Source: an uncultured Syntrophobacterales bacterium (GTDB taxonomy: Bacteria; Desulfobacterota; BSN033; WVXP01; G020346125). From it: a stretch of DNA of 45,082 nt. Both the position numbers and the translations under genes were made by a program. The notes under the pieces were generated by a model. That model did not search any database. It had not been told where the DNA came from and saw nothing but the letters and a program-made list of their open reading frames with translations. This document shows positions 18,301-25,461 of this stretch, one piece after another. Position 1 is the first letter of the stretch. Every line of letters begins with the position of its first letter. The stretch covers positions 1 to 45,082 of the forward strand of contig CBDUXJ010000002.1 of NCBI GenBank assembly GCA_965371165.1. Direction: 5' to 3'.

Positions 18301-18492
18301 ACCACTACCAGCATCTTCGGGATGATGCCGCTGGTCCTGTTTCCGGGAGCCGGGTCGGAACTCTACCGGGGCCTCGGGAGTGTGGTAATTGGAGGTCTCG
18401 CTGTCTCCACCGTATTTACCCTGTTCCTCGTTCCCACACTGTTCAGCCTGGTGCTTGATGCCAAGAGAGCGGTCGGTCGGCTCTGGCGTTGA
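15322..18492 (+). CDS. RND efflux transporter permease (AcrB/AcrD/AcrF family)
   Basis: 1056 aa with 12-TM two-lobe architecture. Typical start (IKNPVTVTVGIFFIILFG) and conserved AFAVGMVVDNSIVVLENI and LIGIVVNNAILIV motifs. GTG start 4 nt after the adaptor stop. Confidence 0.95.
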   Translation: MKLVDSSIKNPVTVTVGIFFIILFGFISLSRIPVQLTPEIQEVEIQVETIWPGASPQEVEREIIEEQEEQLKSVEGLVEIKSESFRSRGRVIMKFQTGTDQDTALLKVSNKLNQVPQYPADADEPVIETTGTESDAIAWFVFEKTRGDSGDVVFEKKFIEDNVKPRLERIPGVAAVNVYGGREKEMKVIVDPRALAARNITIRDMIRALDMENRNISAGDLDEGKRRYIVRTVGEYRTPEDIENVIIRQVNEAPVYVRDVAQVKLGYKKSEATIRQKGKPAIVMNAIREVGANILTVMEEIKKEVKALNRSLLASRNLHLEQVYDETEYIYSAIDLVRQNLFVGGSLAILVLLLFLRSGSSTLIVATAIPISIIGTFVMMALLGRSINVISLAGMAFAVGMVVDNSIVVLENIYRHMQMGESRLVAAYKGAVEVWGAILASTLTTIAVFLPVIFVQEEAGQLFRDIAVAVSCSVALSLIVSITVIPTLAARILRVPKALLLEGGKREKVPFFSFLNLFGLVSITRIFSRGIAAFFPWIYRSISLRLALVFVITGVSLSMAWFLIPKTEYLPQGNQNFLFGFLLTPPGYNVEEFTRIAQEIEADLAPYWEVEPEDENPTRIQGPSIRNFFFVSFFQQAFMGLISKTPERVRELIPVVYRSLAKIPGLIAVVTQASLFERVGEGRSIDIQIVGICDLTRLVKLGQMIFGQIMEILPGSQARPIPSLDLGSPEIQVIPNRVRMASLGVQTSELGIAVDALMDGTKASDYWHDGTEIDLTLVGKDEYARRSQDLKDLLIHTPRGEAVTLGSLADIQLVTGPSQINHIERKRSIVIRVNPPEEMPLEMALERIESQIVQPIRDRGELGEDCDIRLAGTADKLSLTRKALQWNFLLALVITFLLMASLFESFLYPLVIMFSVPLAAAGGFWGLFLVNRFIAFQPLDVLTMLGFIILIGIVVNNAILIVHQSLNHMREGMEPRDAIHQSIQKRVRPIFMSTTTSIFGMMPLVLFPGAGSELYRGLGSVVIGGLAVSTVFTLFLVPTLFSLVLDAKRAVGRLWR

Positions 18493-18518
18493 ATGGGATT
18501 ATCGGCTTGCCCTATTTA

Positions 18519-18734
18519 GATCTCTGAAAAACTCGCTCTTCGCCGCTCAGAAATATTTTTTCGGCCATTCTGAAGTTCATTTCACTGCAAATAGCGCTCA
18601 AGCGCTACTTCGTTACCAAAACTCGCCTTTCAGGCTCAGACATTGGATTTGCGGCCGTTTCGCTTCACTAAGAATGGTTACGGAAAAAATCTTGATTCGC
18701 GCTCAGAGCTCGTTTTCCCAATTTTTCAGATATC
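18519..18734 (+). repeat. Repeat family C element with terminal inverted repeats and an internal tandem duplication
   Basis: Left end TCTCTGAAAAACTCGCTC pairs with right end GAGCTCGTTTTCCCAATTTTTCAGATA. Two units of about 65 nt (approx 18523-18590 and 18617-18676) are separated by AGCGCTCAAGCGCT. The right end recurs inverted at 28901-28939. Confidence 0.7.
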
Positions 18735-18761
18735 TGCTATTGTAACCCTGACCCCTCAGCC

Positions 18762-19391
18762 TTAACCTTCAACCTTAGCCTTGAGTTTTATTATTCCTTC
18801 CCTTAGTATCTTTGGGGGGGAAACGGTCACATCGATCACCGTCGATTCCCCCTCCCCCTCGGTTTTTCCCCCGTCTATGATTAAATCGATTCTCCCACGA
18901 AAAACCCTGTAAACTTCAAGGGGATCAGAGAGGCTGGGCATCCCCGAAAGATTGGCACTGGTAGAGGTAATAGGTCTCTTGAGGACCTCCAGCAACTTCT
19001 GTGCGATCCGATGAGGAGAAATCCGAACCCCTACCTTTCCGCTATTTGCCGTCAGAATTGGGGGACACGTCTTCGAAGCCTCGAAGATAATGGTCAGAGC
19101 TCCGGGCCAGTAACCCTGAATCAAGCTCATGGCCAACGGGGGAATGCGATAGGTGACTTCCTCCAACATCCCCACATTCCCTACCAAAAGGGATATGGGT
19201 TTACCCATCTCCCTCCCCTTGATTTTGAATAATCTTTCGAGGGCTTCCTCGTTGTACGCATCAGCCCCCAAACCGTAAACGGTCTCCGTTGGATAGCCAA
19301 TCAACCCTCCATTTCTCAGGACATGAGCCGCTTCTTCAATCAGTGTCCCTTCGGGGTCAAAGGGGTTGACCTTAATCATCCGTGTATTCAA
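18762..19391 (-). CDS. tsaC: L-threonylcarbamoyladenylate synthase (TsaC/YrdC/Sua5 family)
   Basis: 209 aa. GGLIGYPTETVYGLGADA and SANLSG motifs. Start is TTG 19391 (overlaps the purE stop as TTGA) or ATG 19379. Confidence 0.85.
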   Translation of the reverse strand: MNTRMIKVNPFDPEGTLIEEAAHVLRNGGLIGYPTETVYGLGADAYNEEALERLFKIKGREMGKPISLLVGNVGMLEEVTYRIPPLAMSLIQGYWPGALTIIFEASKTCPPILTANSGKVGVRISPHRIAQKLLEVLKRPITSTSANLSGMPSLSDPLEVYRVFRGRIDLIIDGGKTEGEGESTVIDVTVSPPKILREGIIKLKAKVEG

Positions 19392-19906
19392 ACCGATCCC
19401 CGCTGGATCCCTTTTGCCTTCTCCTCCACCTCTTGTGCCAATCGCTTTTTATATCCCCTGAGGGCTTCCTTTAATTGGGGAGACTTCAGGGCCAGTATCT
19501 GAACGGCTAGGATGGCCGCATTCCTTGCCCCCGCCTTGCCGATGGCCATGGTAGCAACGGGGATTCCTCCAGGCATTTGCACGGTGGAAAGGAGGGAATC
19601 CATTCCCTTGAGGGGTGAAGAATCGATGGGAATCCCGACTACGGGAAGGATCGTCTCCGATGCAATTACCCCTGCCAGGTGGGCAGCCGCCCCGGCCCCG
19701 ACGATGATGACCTCAAGACCCCTCTCCTCAGCGGACTTGGCATACCGTATGGTGCGATCGGGCGACCGGTGTGCGGAGGAAAGGGTGACTTCATATGGAA
19801 CCTGGAATTGGTTCAGAACCCTTTCCGCCTCTTCCATCACCGGAAGATCCGAATCACTTCCCATGACGATCCCGACCACAGGGGTTTCTCCTTTTTTCTC
19901 CGCCAT
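19388..19906 (-). CDS. purE: N5-carboxyaminoimidazole ribonucleotide mutase
   Basis: VGIVMGSDSDLPVM, SAHRSPDR and GAGAAAHLAGVIAS motifs. ATG 19906 behind GGGAG. Confidence 0.9.
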   Translation of the reverse strand: MAEKKGETPVVGIVMGSDSDLPVMEEAERVLNQFQVPYEVTLSSAHRSPDRTIRYAKSAEERGLEVIIVGAGAAAHLAGVIASETILPVVGIPIDSSPLKGMDSLLSTVQMPGGIPVATMAIGKAGARNAAILAVQILALKSPQLKEALRGYKKRLAQEVEEKAKGIQRGSV

Positions 19907-19986
19907 ATCCACATCTCCCAATTATTTAGTTTTTCCTCATTCCATGGACCCTGCCCCTCCTCCATGATTTTTCGTCAGTTTATAGC

Positions 19987-21264
19987 CTATTGGAGGCGAC
20001 CCAGAGCCCTCTTCCCAATATCGCTTCGATAGTATACCCCGTCCCACTCGATTCTTTCCACAGCCGAGTACGCCAGATCAATGGCGCCCCTGGCGTCCTC
20101 TCCCAGGGCCGTAACCCCTAAAACCCTTCCGCCGTTAGTTACAATATCCTCTCCTGCTCTTGCTGTTCCCGCATGGAATACGAAGACGTCTTGCATCTCC
20201 ATAACCCGATCCAAACCTCGGATGGCCTTGTTTTTTTCATAACTTCCAGGATACCCCTTCGAAGTCATCACCACACATACCGCCCATCTTGGATCCCAAC
20301 CGATGAGCCCATCTCGGAGGTTTCCATCGATACACGCCTCCAGGAGAGGGACGATATCCCCCTTCATTCTCATCATAATGGGCTGGTTTTCCGGATCCCC
20401 GAATCGGGCATTGAATTCCAATGCCTTTGGCTGGCCGTTTGCAATCATCAACCCACCGTATAATACGCCTCTGTAGGGCCTTCCTTCGGAGGCCATTCCC
20501 TTGATGGTTGGGGTCATGATTTCATCCATGATCTTGTTGTGCACCCCTTCCGTAACCACGGGTGCCGGGGAATAGGCCCCCATTCCCCCCGTATTCGGTC
20601 CCCTATCCCCGTCGTAGATGGGTTTGTGATCCTGGGATGAGGCCAGTGGAACGACTGTCTCCCCATCGGTCAATACAATGAAAGAGGCCTCCTTTCCAAC
20701 AAGAAATTCCTCAATTACTACCTGCTTGCCCGCATCTCCGAAGGCCTTCTCCACCATTATCTTATCCAAAGCCTTTAACGCATCCTCCTCTGTCATGCTG
20801 GGGATGACCCCTTTCCCGGCTGCTAATCCGTCCGCCTTCACCACGACCGGCACTCCGATGGACTCGACATACGCAGCCGCTTGATCCCGATTGTCGAAGG
20901 TCCGATATTGGGCCGTTGGTACCCCGTACTTAGCCAGCAAATCCTTACAGAAGACCTTGCTCCCCTCAATCTCGGCAGCCTCCCTATGGGGGCCGAAAAT
21001 CCTCAATCCCCTTTCCTCGAAGAGGTCGACTATTCCCATGGTAAGGGGAAGTTCAGGTCCCACTACGGTCAAATCTATCCCGTTCCCCTCGGCGAACGTG
21101 GCCAAATCGTCCAAATCCGTGGCCGATATGTCGATACACTGGGCCATCTGGGCTATTCCCGCATTGCCGGGTGCACAAAAGAGCTTGGTAACCCTGGGAC
21201 TCTGACCGATTTTCCATACCAAGGAGTGTTCCCTGCCCCCGCTACCCACCACTAATACCTTCAT
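19987..21264 (-). CDS. purD: Phosphoribosylamine-glycine ligase
   Basis: MKVLVVGSGGREHSLVWK start, ATP-grasp core, and GPNTGGMGAYSP motif. ATG 21264 five nt after GGGAGG. Confidence 0.95.
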   Translation of the reverse strand: MKVLVVGSGGREHSLVWKIGQSPRVTKLFCAPGNAGIAQMAQCIDISATDLDDLATFAEGNGIDLTVVGPELPLTMGIVDLFEERGLRIFGPHREAAEIEGSKVFCKDLLAKYGVPTAQYRTFDNRDQAAAYVESIGVPVVVKADGLAAGKGVIPSMTEEDALKALDKIMVEKAFGDAGKQVVIEEFLVGKEASFIVLTDGETVVPLASSQDHKPIYDGDRGPNTGGMGAYSPAPVVTEGVHNKIMDEIMTPTIKGMASEGRPYRGVLYGGLMIANGQPKALEFNARFGDPENQPIMMRMKGDIVPLLEACIDGNLRDGLIGWDPRWAVCVVMTSKGYPGSYEKNKAIRGLDRVMEMQDVFVFHAGTARAGEDIVTNGGRVLGVTALGEDARGAIDLAYSAVERIEWDGVYYRSDIGKRALGRLQ

Positions 21265-21302
21265 CATAACCTCCCGCTTTCCTATTCCGTTGGCAACCCG
21301 AT

Positions 21303-21911
21303 TCAACCCTCTCCTTCCACGGTGTTCAAATAATTCGATATGGCGGAGTCATACTTCGCCGTCATGTGAAAGACCTTCTTGGCGAGCCGAAACCGCGTCC
21401 GGGCTGATATCTGCCCATCGTTCTCCCTCAACTCCCTGATCAAGGCGTCGTAATCTCCCGGGTCAACCACAACCGTTACATCCCTATAGTTCTTCGCGGC
21501 CGATCGGATCATAGCGGGACCGCCGATATCGATGTTCTCGATGGCATCCTCCAAGGTGCAATCCGACTTGGCCACGGTATCTTCAAAGGGATAGAGGTTC
21601 ACCACCACCATATCGATGGGGTTAATCCCGTGTTTCCCCATAGTCCCGACGTGATCGGGGTTTTCCCGCTGGCCCAAAATCCCTCCGTGGATTTTGGGAT
21701 GTAAGGTCTTTACCCGGCCATCCAACATCTCCGGAAATCCCGTATAGTCGGATACGTCCATAATCTCGATCCCGTTTTGGCGGAGGCTCTTCGCCGTCCC
21801 CCCTGTGGAGAGGATCTCAACGTTCAAATCGGCAAGTACCCTGGCCAACTCAACGACTCCCGATTTGTCCGAGACGCTCACCAACGCCCTTCTAATCTTT
21901 TCCACATCCAC
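21303..21911 (-). CDS. purH: IMP cyclohydrolase domain protein (PurH N-terminal MGS-like domain only)
   Basis: 202 aa. [41 protein letters not shown] and [14 protein letters not shown] match the PurH IMPCH domain. The ORF ends at the inter-domain linker and purD follows 38 nt later. No AICAR transformylase domain is present. Confidence 0.85.
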   Translation of the reverse strand: MDVEKIRRALVSVSDKSGVVELARVLADLNVEILSTGGTAKSLRQNGIEIMDVSDYTGFPEMLDGRVKTLHPKIHGGILGQRENPDHVGTMGKHGINPIDMVVVNLYPFEDTVAKSDCTLEDAIENIDIGGPAMIRSAAKNYRDVTVVVDPGDYDALIRELRENDGQISARTRFRLAKKVFHMTAKYDSAISNYLNTVEGEG

Positions 21912-21958
21912 CTCCCTGGTAAAGCCATTCTTACGCTAATCCGTTGTCGGTCACCCTC

Positions 21959-23224
21959 TTATGGATAGATACCCCTGTCTTTTGTCGCCTGAACGACTCG
22001 ATCGACTGCCAGGCAGTAAGCTGCCATTTTCATGCTGATCTTTTCCCTCTTTGAGGTTTCGAGCACTTTCCTGAAGCTATCGGAAAGGATCCTGTGAAGT
22101 TCGCTACTGATGCGCTTTTCGGGCCAGAAATACTCCTGAATATTCTGGACCCACTCGAAATAGGAGACGATAACCCCTCCGGCGTTGGCAAGGATATCCG
22201 GGATTACGAAAACGCCCTTTTCATCGAGGATCTCATCAGCCCTGGGAGTCGTCGGCCCATTGGCCCCCTCAGCTATGATTTTGGCCTTAATCTTATCGGC
22301 ATTTCCCTCCCAGATCTGATTCTCCAAAGCAGCGGGAATGAGGATATCGCAGTGAACTTCGAGTACCTCGGTACTCGAGATGGTGTCGGCATCACGAAAT
22401 CCAACTACTGAACCAGATTCTCCCTTGTGTTTGACGAGATCGGCGATATTGATTCCCTTTCCGTTGAAAACTCCCCCTTGCGAATCCCCCACCGCGATGA
22501 CTTTGCAACCCATCTCATCCACCAGTTGAGCAGCTACGGCTCCCACCTTTCCGAAACCCTGAACTGACACGGTACTTCCCTTCACGTCCATACCCAGGTG
22601 CTCGGCAGTCGAAGATATACAATTGACACATCCCCTTCCCGTCGCCCCACTTCTCCCTAACGAACCTCCAATACTCAAAGGCTTTCCCGTCACGACCCCC
22701 GGGACCGAAAACCCCTTTTGCATGCTGTAGGTATCCATGATCCAGCCCATCACCTTGGAATCGGTATACATATCAGGAGCGGGGATATCCGTCTCGGGGC
22801 CGATGAACATGATGATCTCAGAGGTATAGCGCCTCGTCATCCTCTCGAGCTCCCCTTCGGACATCGTCTTGGGGTCGCATTTGACACCCCCCTTGGCCCC
22901 GCCAAAGGGGATGTTCACCACGGCGCACTTCCATGTCATGAGCATGGCCAAAGCACGAACCTCCTCGAGGCAAACCGCTGGATGGAATCGAATCCCTCCC
23001 TTGGCAGGTCCCCGGGCGATATCGTGTTGAACACGGAATCCGGTAAATACCTTGTATTGCCCATCATCCATCTTTACGGGAAAATTGACGGTGATCTCTC
23101 TCTTAACGACGGCTAATTTCTCACGAATTCCCGGGTCGATATCCAGGTAGTCGGCCACCTTATGATATCGCTCAAGGGTGAATGGATATAAGTCCTCGCT
23201 ACAGAGCTGTAGATTATCGCCCAC
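21959..23224 (-). CDS. gdhA: Glutamate dehydrogenase (Glu/Leu/Phe/Val dehydrogenase family)
   Basis: 421 aa. GPAKGGIRFHP, PFGGAKGG catalytic-lysine motif, and GFGKVGAVAA Rossmann motif. GTG start behind GGAAGGGAGGAAG, overlapping the nadE stop by 11 nt. Confidence 0.93.
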   Translation of the reverse strand: MGDNLQLCSEDLYPFTLERYHKVADYLDIDPGIREKLAVVKREITVNFPVKMDDGQYKVFTGFRVQHDIARGPAKGGIRFHPAVCLEEVRALAMLMTWKCAVVNIPFGGAKGGVKCDPKTMSEGELERMTRRYTSEIIMFIGPETDIPAPDMYTDSKVMGWIMDTYSMQKGFSVPGVVTGKPLSIGGSLGRSGATGRGCVNCISSTAEHLGMDVKGSTVSVQGFGKVGAVAAQLVDEMGCKVIAVGDSQGGVFNGKGINIADLVKHKGESGSVVGFRDADTISSTEVLEVHCDILIPAALENQIWEGNADKIKAKIIAEGANGPTTPRADEILDEKGVFVIPDILANAGGVIVSYFEWVQNIQEYFWPEKRISSELHRILSDSFRKVLETSKREKISMKMAAYCLAVDRVVQATKDRGIYP

Positions 23225-24023
23225 GGATGCTTCCTCCCTTCCTATATCGAGAGATTTCGGCGACTACGGGCGTGCGTCTCTTGTATTCCGAGGATCGAAT
23301 CCTCTCCATTACCCTCTCGATAAGGTCTTCCGTGAATCCTTCTCGAATCAGTTCCCCCGTGCTCAACCTGTTATCTATCATCAAGTTCAGCAAGCGATCA
23401 ACCTCACTATAGGGAAATCCCAACTCCCCCTCATCGGTCTGGCCATGCCAAAGATCTGCAGAGGGAGCCTTTTCAATGATCTCCTCTGGAACCCCTGCCT
23501 CACGGGCGAGATCCCAAACCTGGGCTTTATACAGGTTTCCCAGTGGGTTTATGGCGCAGGCCATATCCCCATAAATAGTGCCGTAGCCCAGGAGGATTTC
23601 CGTCTTATTGCTGGAGCCCACTACCAACGCGTTGAATCGGGCCGACTGGTCGTAGAGGATGCTCATCCTCTCCCGGGCCATCTTATTCCCTCTCCTGATT
23701 GGATCCGCATCTGGAAACGACTCGAAATAGGCATCGATCATGGGCGTAATCTCGATGGAAATAAAATGGATTTTCAGCTGACTGGCTACCTGTCGAGCAT
23801 GTTGGATTCCTTCGGTACTGCTGTGCCTATAAAGCATGTTAATGCCATACACATTCCCCTTTCCCAGGGCCTCTGCGGTCAAGTGAGCGGTGAGCGAGGA
23901 ATCAACGCCCCCGGACAATCCCAAGACGGCCTTCTCGAAACCCGCCTTGTAAACTTCATCGCGGATGAACTTCACCAAATCCTCGTGGACCTTCTTATAG
24001 TTCAAGCGTAGGGAAATCATCAT
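23214..24023 (-). CDS. nadE: NAD+ synthetase, short single-domain (ammonia-dependent type)
   Basis: PP-loop VLGLSGGVDSS about 35 aa from ATG 24023/24020. GSSNKTEILLGYGTIYGD motif. No CN-hydrolase domain. Confidence 0.85.
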   Translation of the reverse strand: MMISLRLNYKKVHEDLVKFIRDEVYKAGFEKAVLGLSGGVDSSLTAHLTAEALGKGNVYGINMLYRHSSTEGIQHARQVASQLKIHFISIEITPMIDAYFESFPDADPIRRGNKMARERMSILYDQSARFNALVVGSSNKTEILLGYGTIYGDMACAINPLGNLYKAQVWDLAREAGVPEEIIEKAPSADLWHGQTDEGELGFPYSEVDRLLNLMIDNRLSTGELIREGFTEDLIERVMERIRSSEYKRRTPVVAEISRYRKGGSIRGR

Positions 24024-24110
24024 CCAATAGGGGATAGGGCTGAGAGAGGGAAATCCATGATACACATAACATAAATCCCTCATCCGGGTCAATCGCCAAT
24101 TTAATTGGAA

Positions 24111-24510
24111 TTTTCTGAACTCTTAGGGGAATCCGTTGTTCCTATGTGGAATCATTTCCATTTATTCGGTTTGTTCGGTTTGTTTGGTCTATCTGGTTCA
24201 GAACGTTTAGATGGTTTGGATCGTTCAAACGGGTTGCTTGGGTTTATTGAGTTTATTGGGTTTCTTGGGTTTATCGGGTTTCCCCAGTTTATTGGGTTTC
24301 TTGTGTACTCCCTGGAATATTGGGTATCAAAACGTAAAAGGACTCAGGGGCTTCGCCCCTACTCATCATTCCATTATTCCAACATTCCAGTTTGGATATT
24401 CCATCATTCCACTATTCCATTATTCCAATGTTCCATCTGCCGCAAAGCCCCTGAGTTCCTACTACGACCAACGGGTTACAAAAGTACTCCCTGAAAAACT
24501 CAAGAAACTG
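24111..24510 (+). repeat. Repeat family B, largest copy (composite of 9-nt and 8-nt periodic arrays and palindromic arms)
   Basis: 9-nt periodicity from about 24172 to 24302, including 8 units GGGTTTNTT at 24231-24302. ATTCCA recurs every 8 nt at 24368/76/84 and 24398/06/14/22. Arms GGACTCAGGGGCTTCGC (24341-) and GCAAAGCCCCTGAGTTCC (-24469) are inverted repeats. Ends with CTGAAAAACTCAAGAAACT. Confidence 0.8.
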
Positions 24511-24569
24511 GTTGACTTTGGACTGGAAATAAAGTAATGAATTCAATGGCTTAATAAGGAGGATTTCAT

Positions 24570-25283
24570 TTGCCAACTGAGGCCAAAACCAAAACATCGT
24601 ATGCCAAACAGATAGAAGCCCTAAAGGAGATCAGTACCGCCATCTCCTCGGATCGCTACATAGAGGACGTTCTCAAGCTCATCGTTACGGTCACCGCCAA
24701 TGTAATGGATTCCAAGGTCTGTTCCCTCTGGTTGATCGACGAGAAGGAGGACTGCTTGAAGGTCAGGGCGACCCAGACCATGAACAAGGAATACTTGAAG
24801 GAGAGGAGTTTAAAACTCGGCGAAGGGGTTGTGGGCCATGTGGCCCAATTGGATAAGCCGGCCATCACTTTGGATGTGCTCATGGAACCCCGGTATAAGG
24901 AGAAGGAACTGGCAAAAAAGATGGGCCTTCGTTCGATGCTCAGCGTCCCCATGCGGGTGAAGGATAAAGTCATCGGCGTTATCAATTGTTACACGTCCTA
25001 CACCCATAAATTCACCAAGACCGAATTGGATCTGCTCACCACCGTTGCCAATCAGGCAGCCATTTGTATTGAGAATACCGAGTTGATGGTAAGATCCAAA
25101 GTGATCCAGGAAGAATTGGAATCCAGGAAACTGGTGGAAAGGGCGAAGGGGATACTGATGAGGGACTATGGCCTCTTGGAGGATGAGGCCTTCAGTCGAA
25201 TCAGGAAGAAGAGCATGGACTCGCGCCGGTCCATGAGGGATATCGCCGAGGCAATTATTTTGGCGTATGAGATGAAAAAATAA
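24570..25283 (+). CDS. GAF-ANTAR RNA-binding antiterminator regulator
   Basis: 237 aa. GAF-like N-terminal domain (SLWLIDEKEDCLKVRAT...GEGVVGHVA...SMLSVPM) and C-terminal ANTAR helix bundle (LESRKLVERAKGILMRDYGLLEDEAFSRIRKKSMDSRRSMRDIAEAII). TTG start 6 nt after AAGGAGGA. Confidence 0.85.
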   Translation: MPTEAKTKTSYAKQIEALKEISTAISSDRYIEDVLKLIVTVTANVMDSKVCSLWLIDEKEDCLKVRATQTMNKEYLKERSLKLGEGVVGHVAQLDKPAITLDVLMEPRYKEKELAKKMGLRSMLSVPMRVKDKVIGVINCYTSYTHKFTKTELDLLTTVANQAAICIENTELMVRSKVIQEELESRKLVERAKGILMRDYGLLEDEAFSRIRKKSMDSRRSMRDIAEAIILAYEMKK

Positions 25284-25293
25284 CAAAAAAAGC

Positions 25294-25322
25294 TTGACAA
25301 AAGCTTAGGTATATGGTAAAAA
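25294..25322 (+). promoter_or_regulatory. Sigma70-type promoter for the gltB-like gene
   Basis: TTGACA (25294-25299), 17-nt spacer ending in TGG (extended -10-like TGn), then TAAAAA (25317-25322). Confidence 0.5.
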
Positions 25323-25354
25323 CCACCCGAATTTAGTACGAATTTAGTAGGCTA

Positions 25355-25388
25355 CGATACAACGGCGTATCGAAAAGACAAAGACGTC
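25355..25388 (+). promoter_or_regulatory. Candidate ANTAR-target dual hexaloop hairpins (antiterminator)
   Basis: P1 is CGATAC-AACGGC-GTATCG (25355-25372). P2 is GAC-AAAGAC-GTC (25377-25388). Both loops are 6 nt with A at position 1 and G at position 4. P2 shares its nucleotides with the 5' arm of the terminator. Confidence 0.45.
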
Positions 25389-25432
25389 CATGAGACGAAG
25401 ATGTCTTCAGTGTTTCATGGACGTCTTTTTTT
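25380..25432 (+). terminator. Leader intrinsic terminator (attenuator) upstream of the gltB-like CDS
   Basis: A 14-bp stem AAAGACGTCCATGA (25380-25393) / TCATGGACGTCTTT (25415-25428), with a run of 7 T (25426-25432) whose first three pair in the stem. Located between the promoter and the SD/ATG at 25462. Confidence 0.8.
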
Positions 25433-25461
25433 GTCTAAATAATAGAGAAAGGAGTTTAGAG

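Noticed and set aside
24172-24435. Short-period arrays as a CRISPR array, or the TGGAAT strand as a CsrA/RsmA-sequestering sRNA
   Set aside because: Units are 8-9 nt with no spacers, so this is not CRISPR. The GGA idea fails the usual criteria: there is no ANGGA-in-hairpin-loop organisation, no flanking promoter and terminator defining a transcript, and copies occur in both orientations in several gaps, like a dispersed repeat. I keep it only as a remote alternative under the family B finding.
24105-24537. ORFs inside repeats: 24105..24494, 24211..24537, 24412..24597, 13957..14172, 18389..18745, 12240..12425
   Set aside because: All lie wholly within families A, B or C and translate into periodic peptides (LFGLFGLFG, GFIGFLGF, HYSNIP) that reflect the 8/9-nt DNA periodicity. 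They overlap each other in different frames and lack SD sequences.
25390-25461. Upstream ATG 25390 given by the ORF track as the start of the gltB-like gene
   Set aside because: That ATG lies inside the leader terminator stem and adds a Cys/Phe-rich 24-aa peptide with no SD. ATG 25462 has AAAGGAG at proper spacing and gives a sensible N-terminus.
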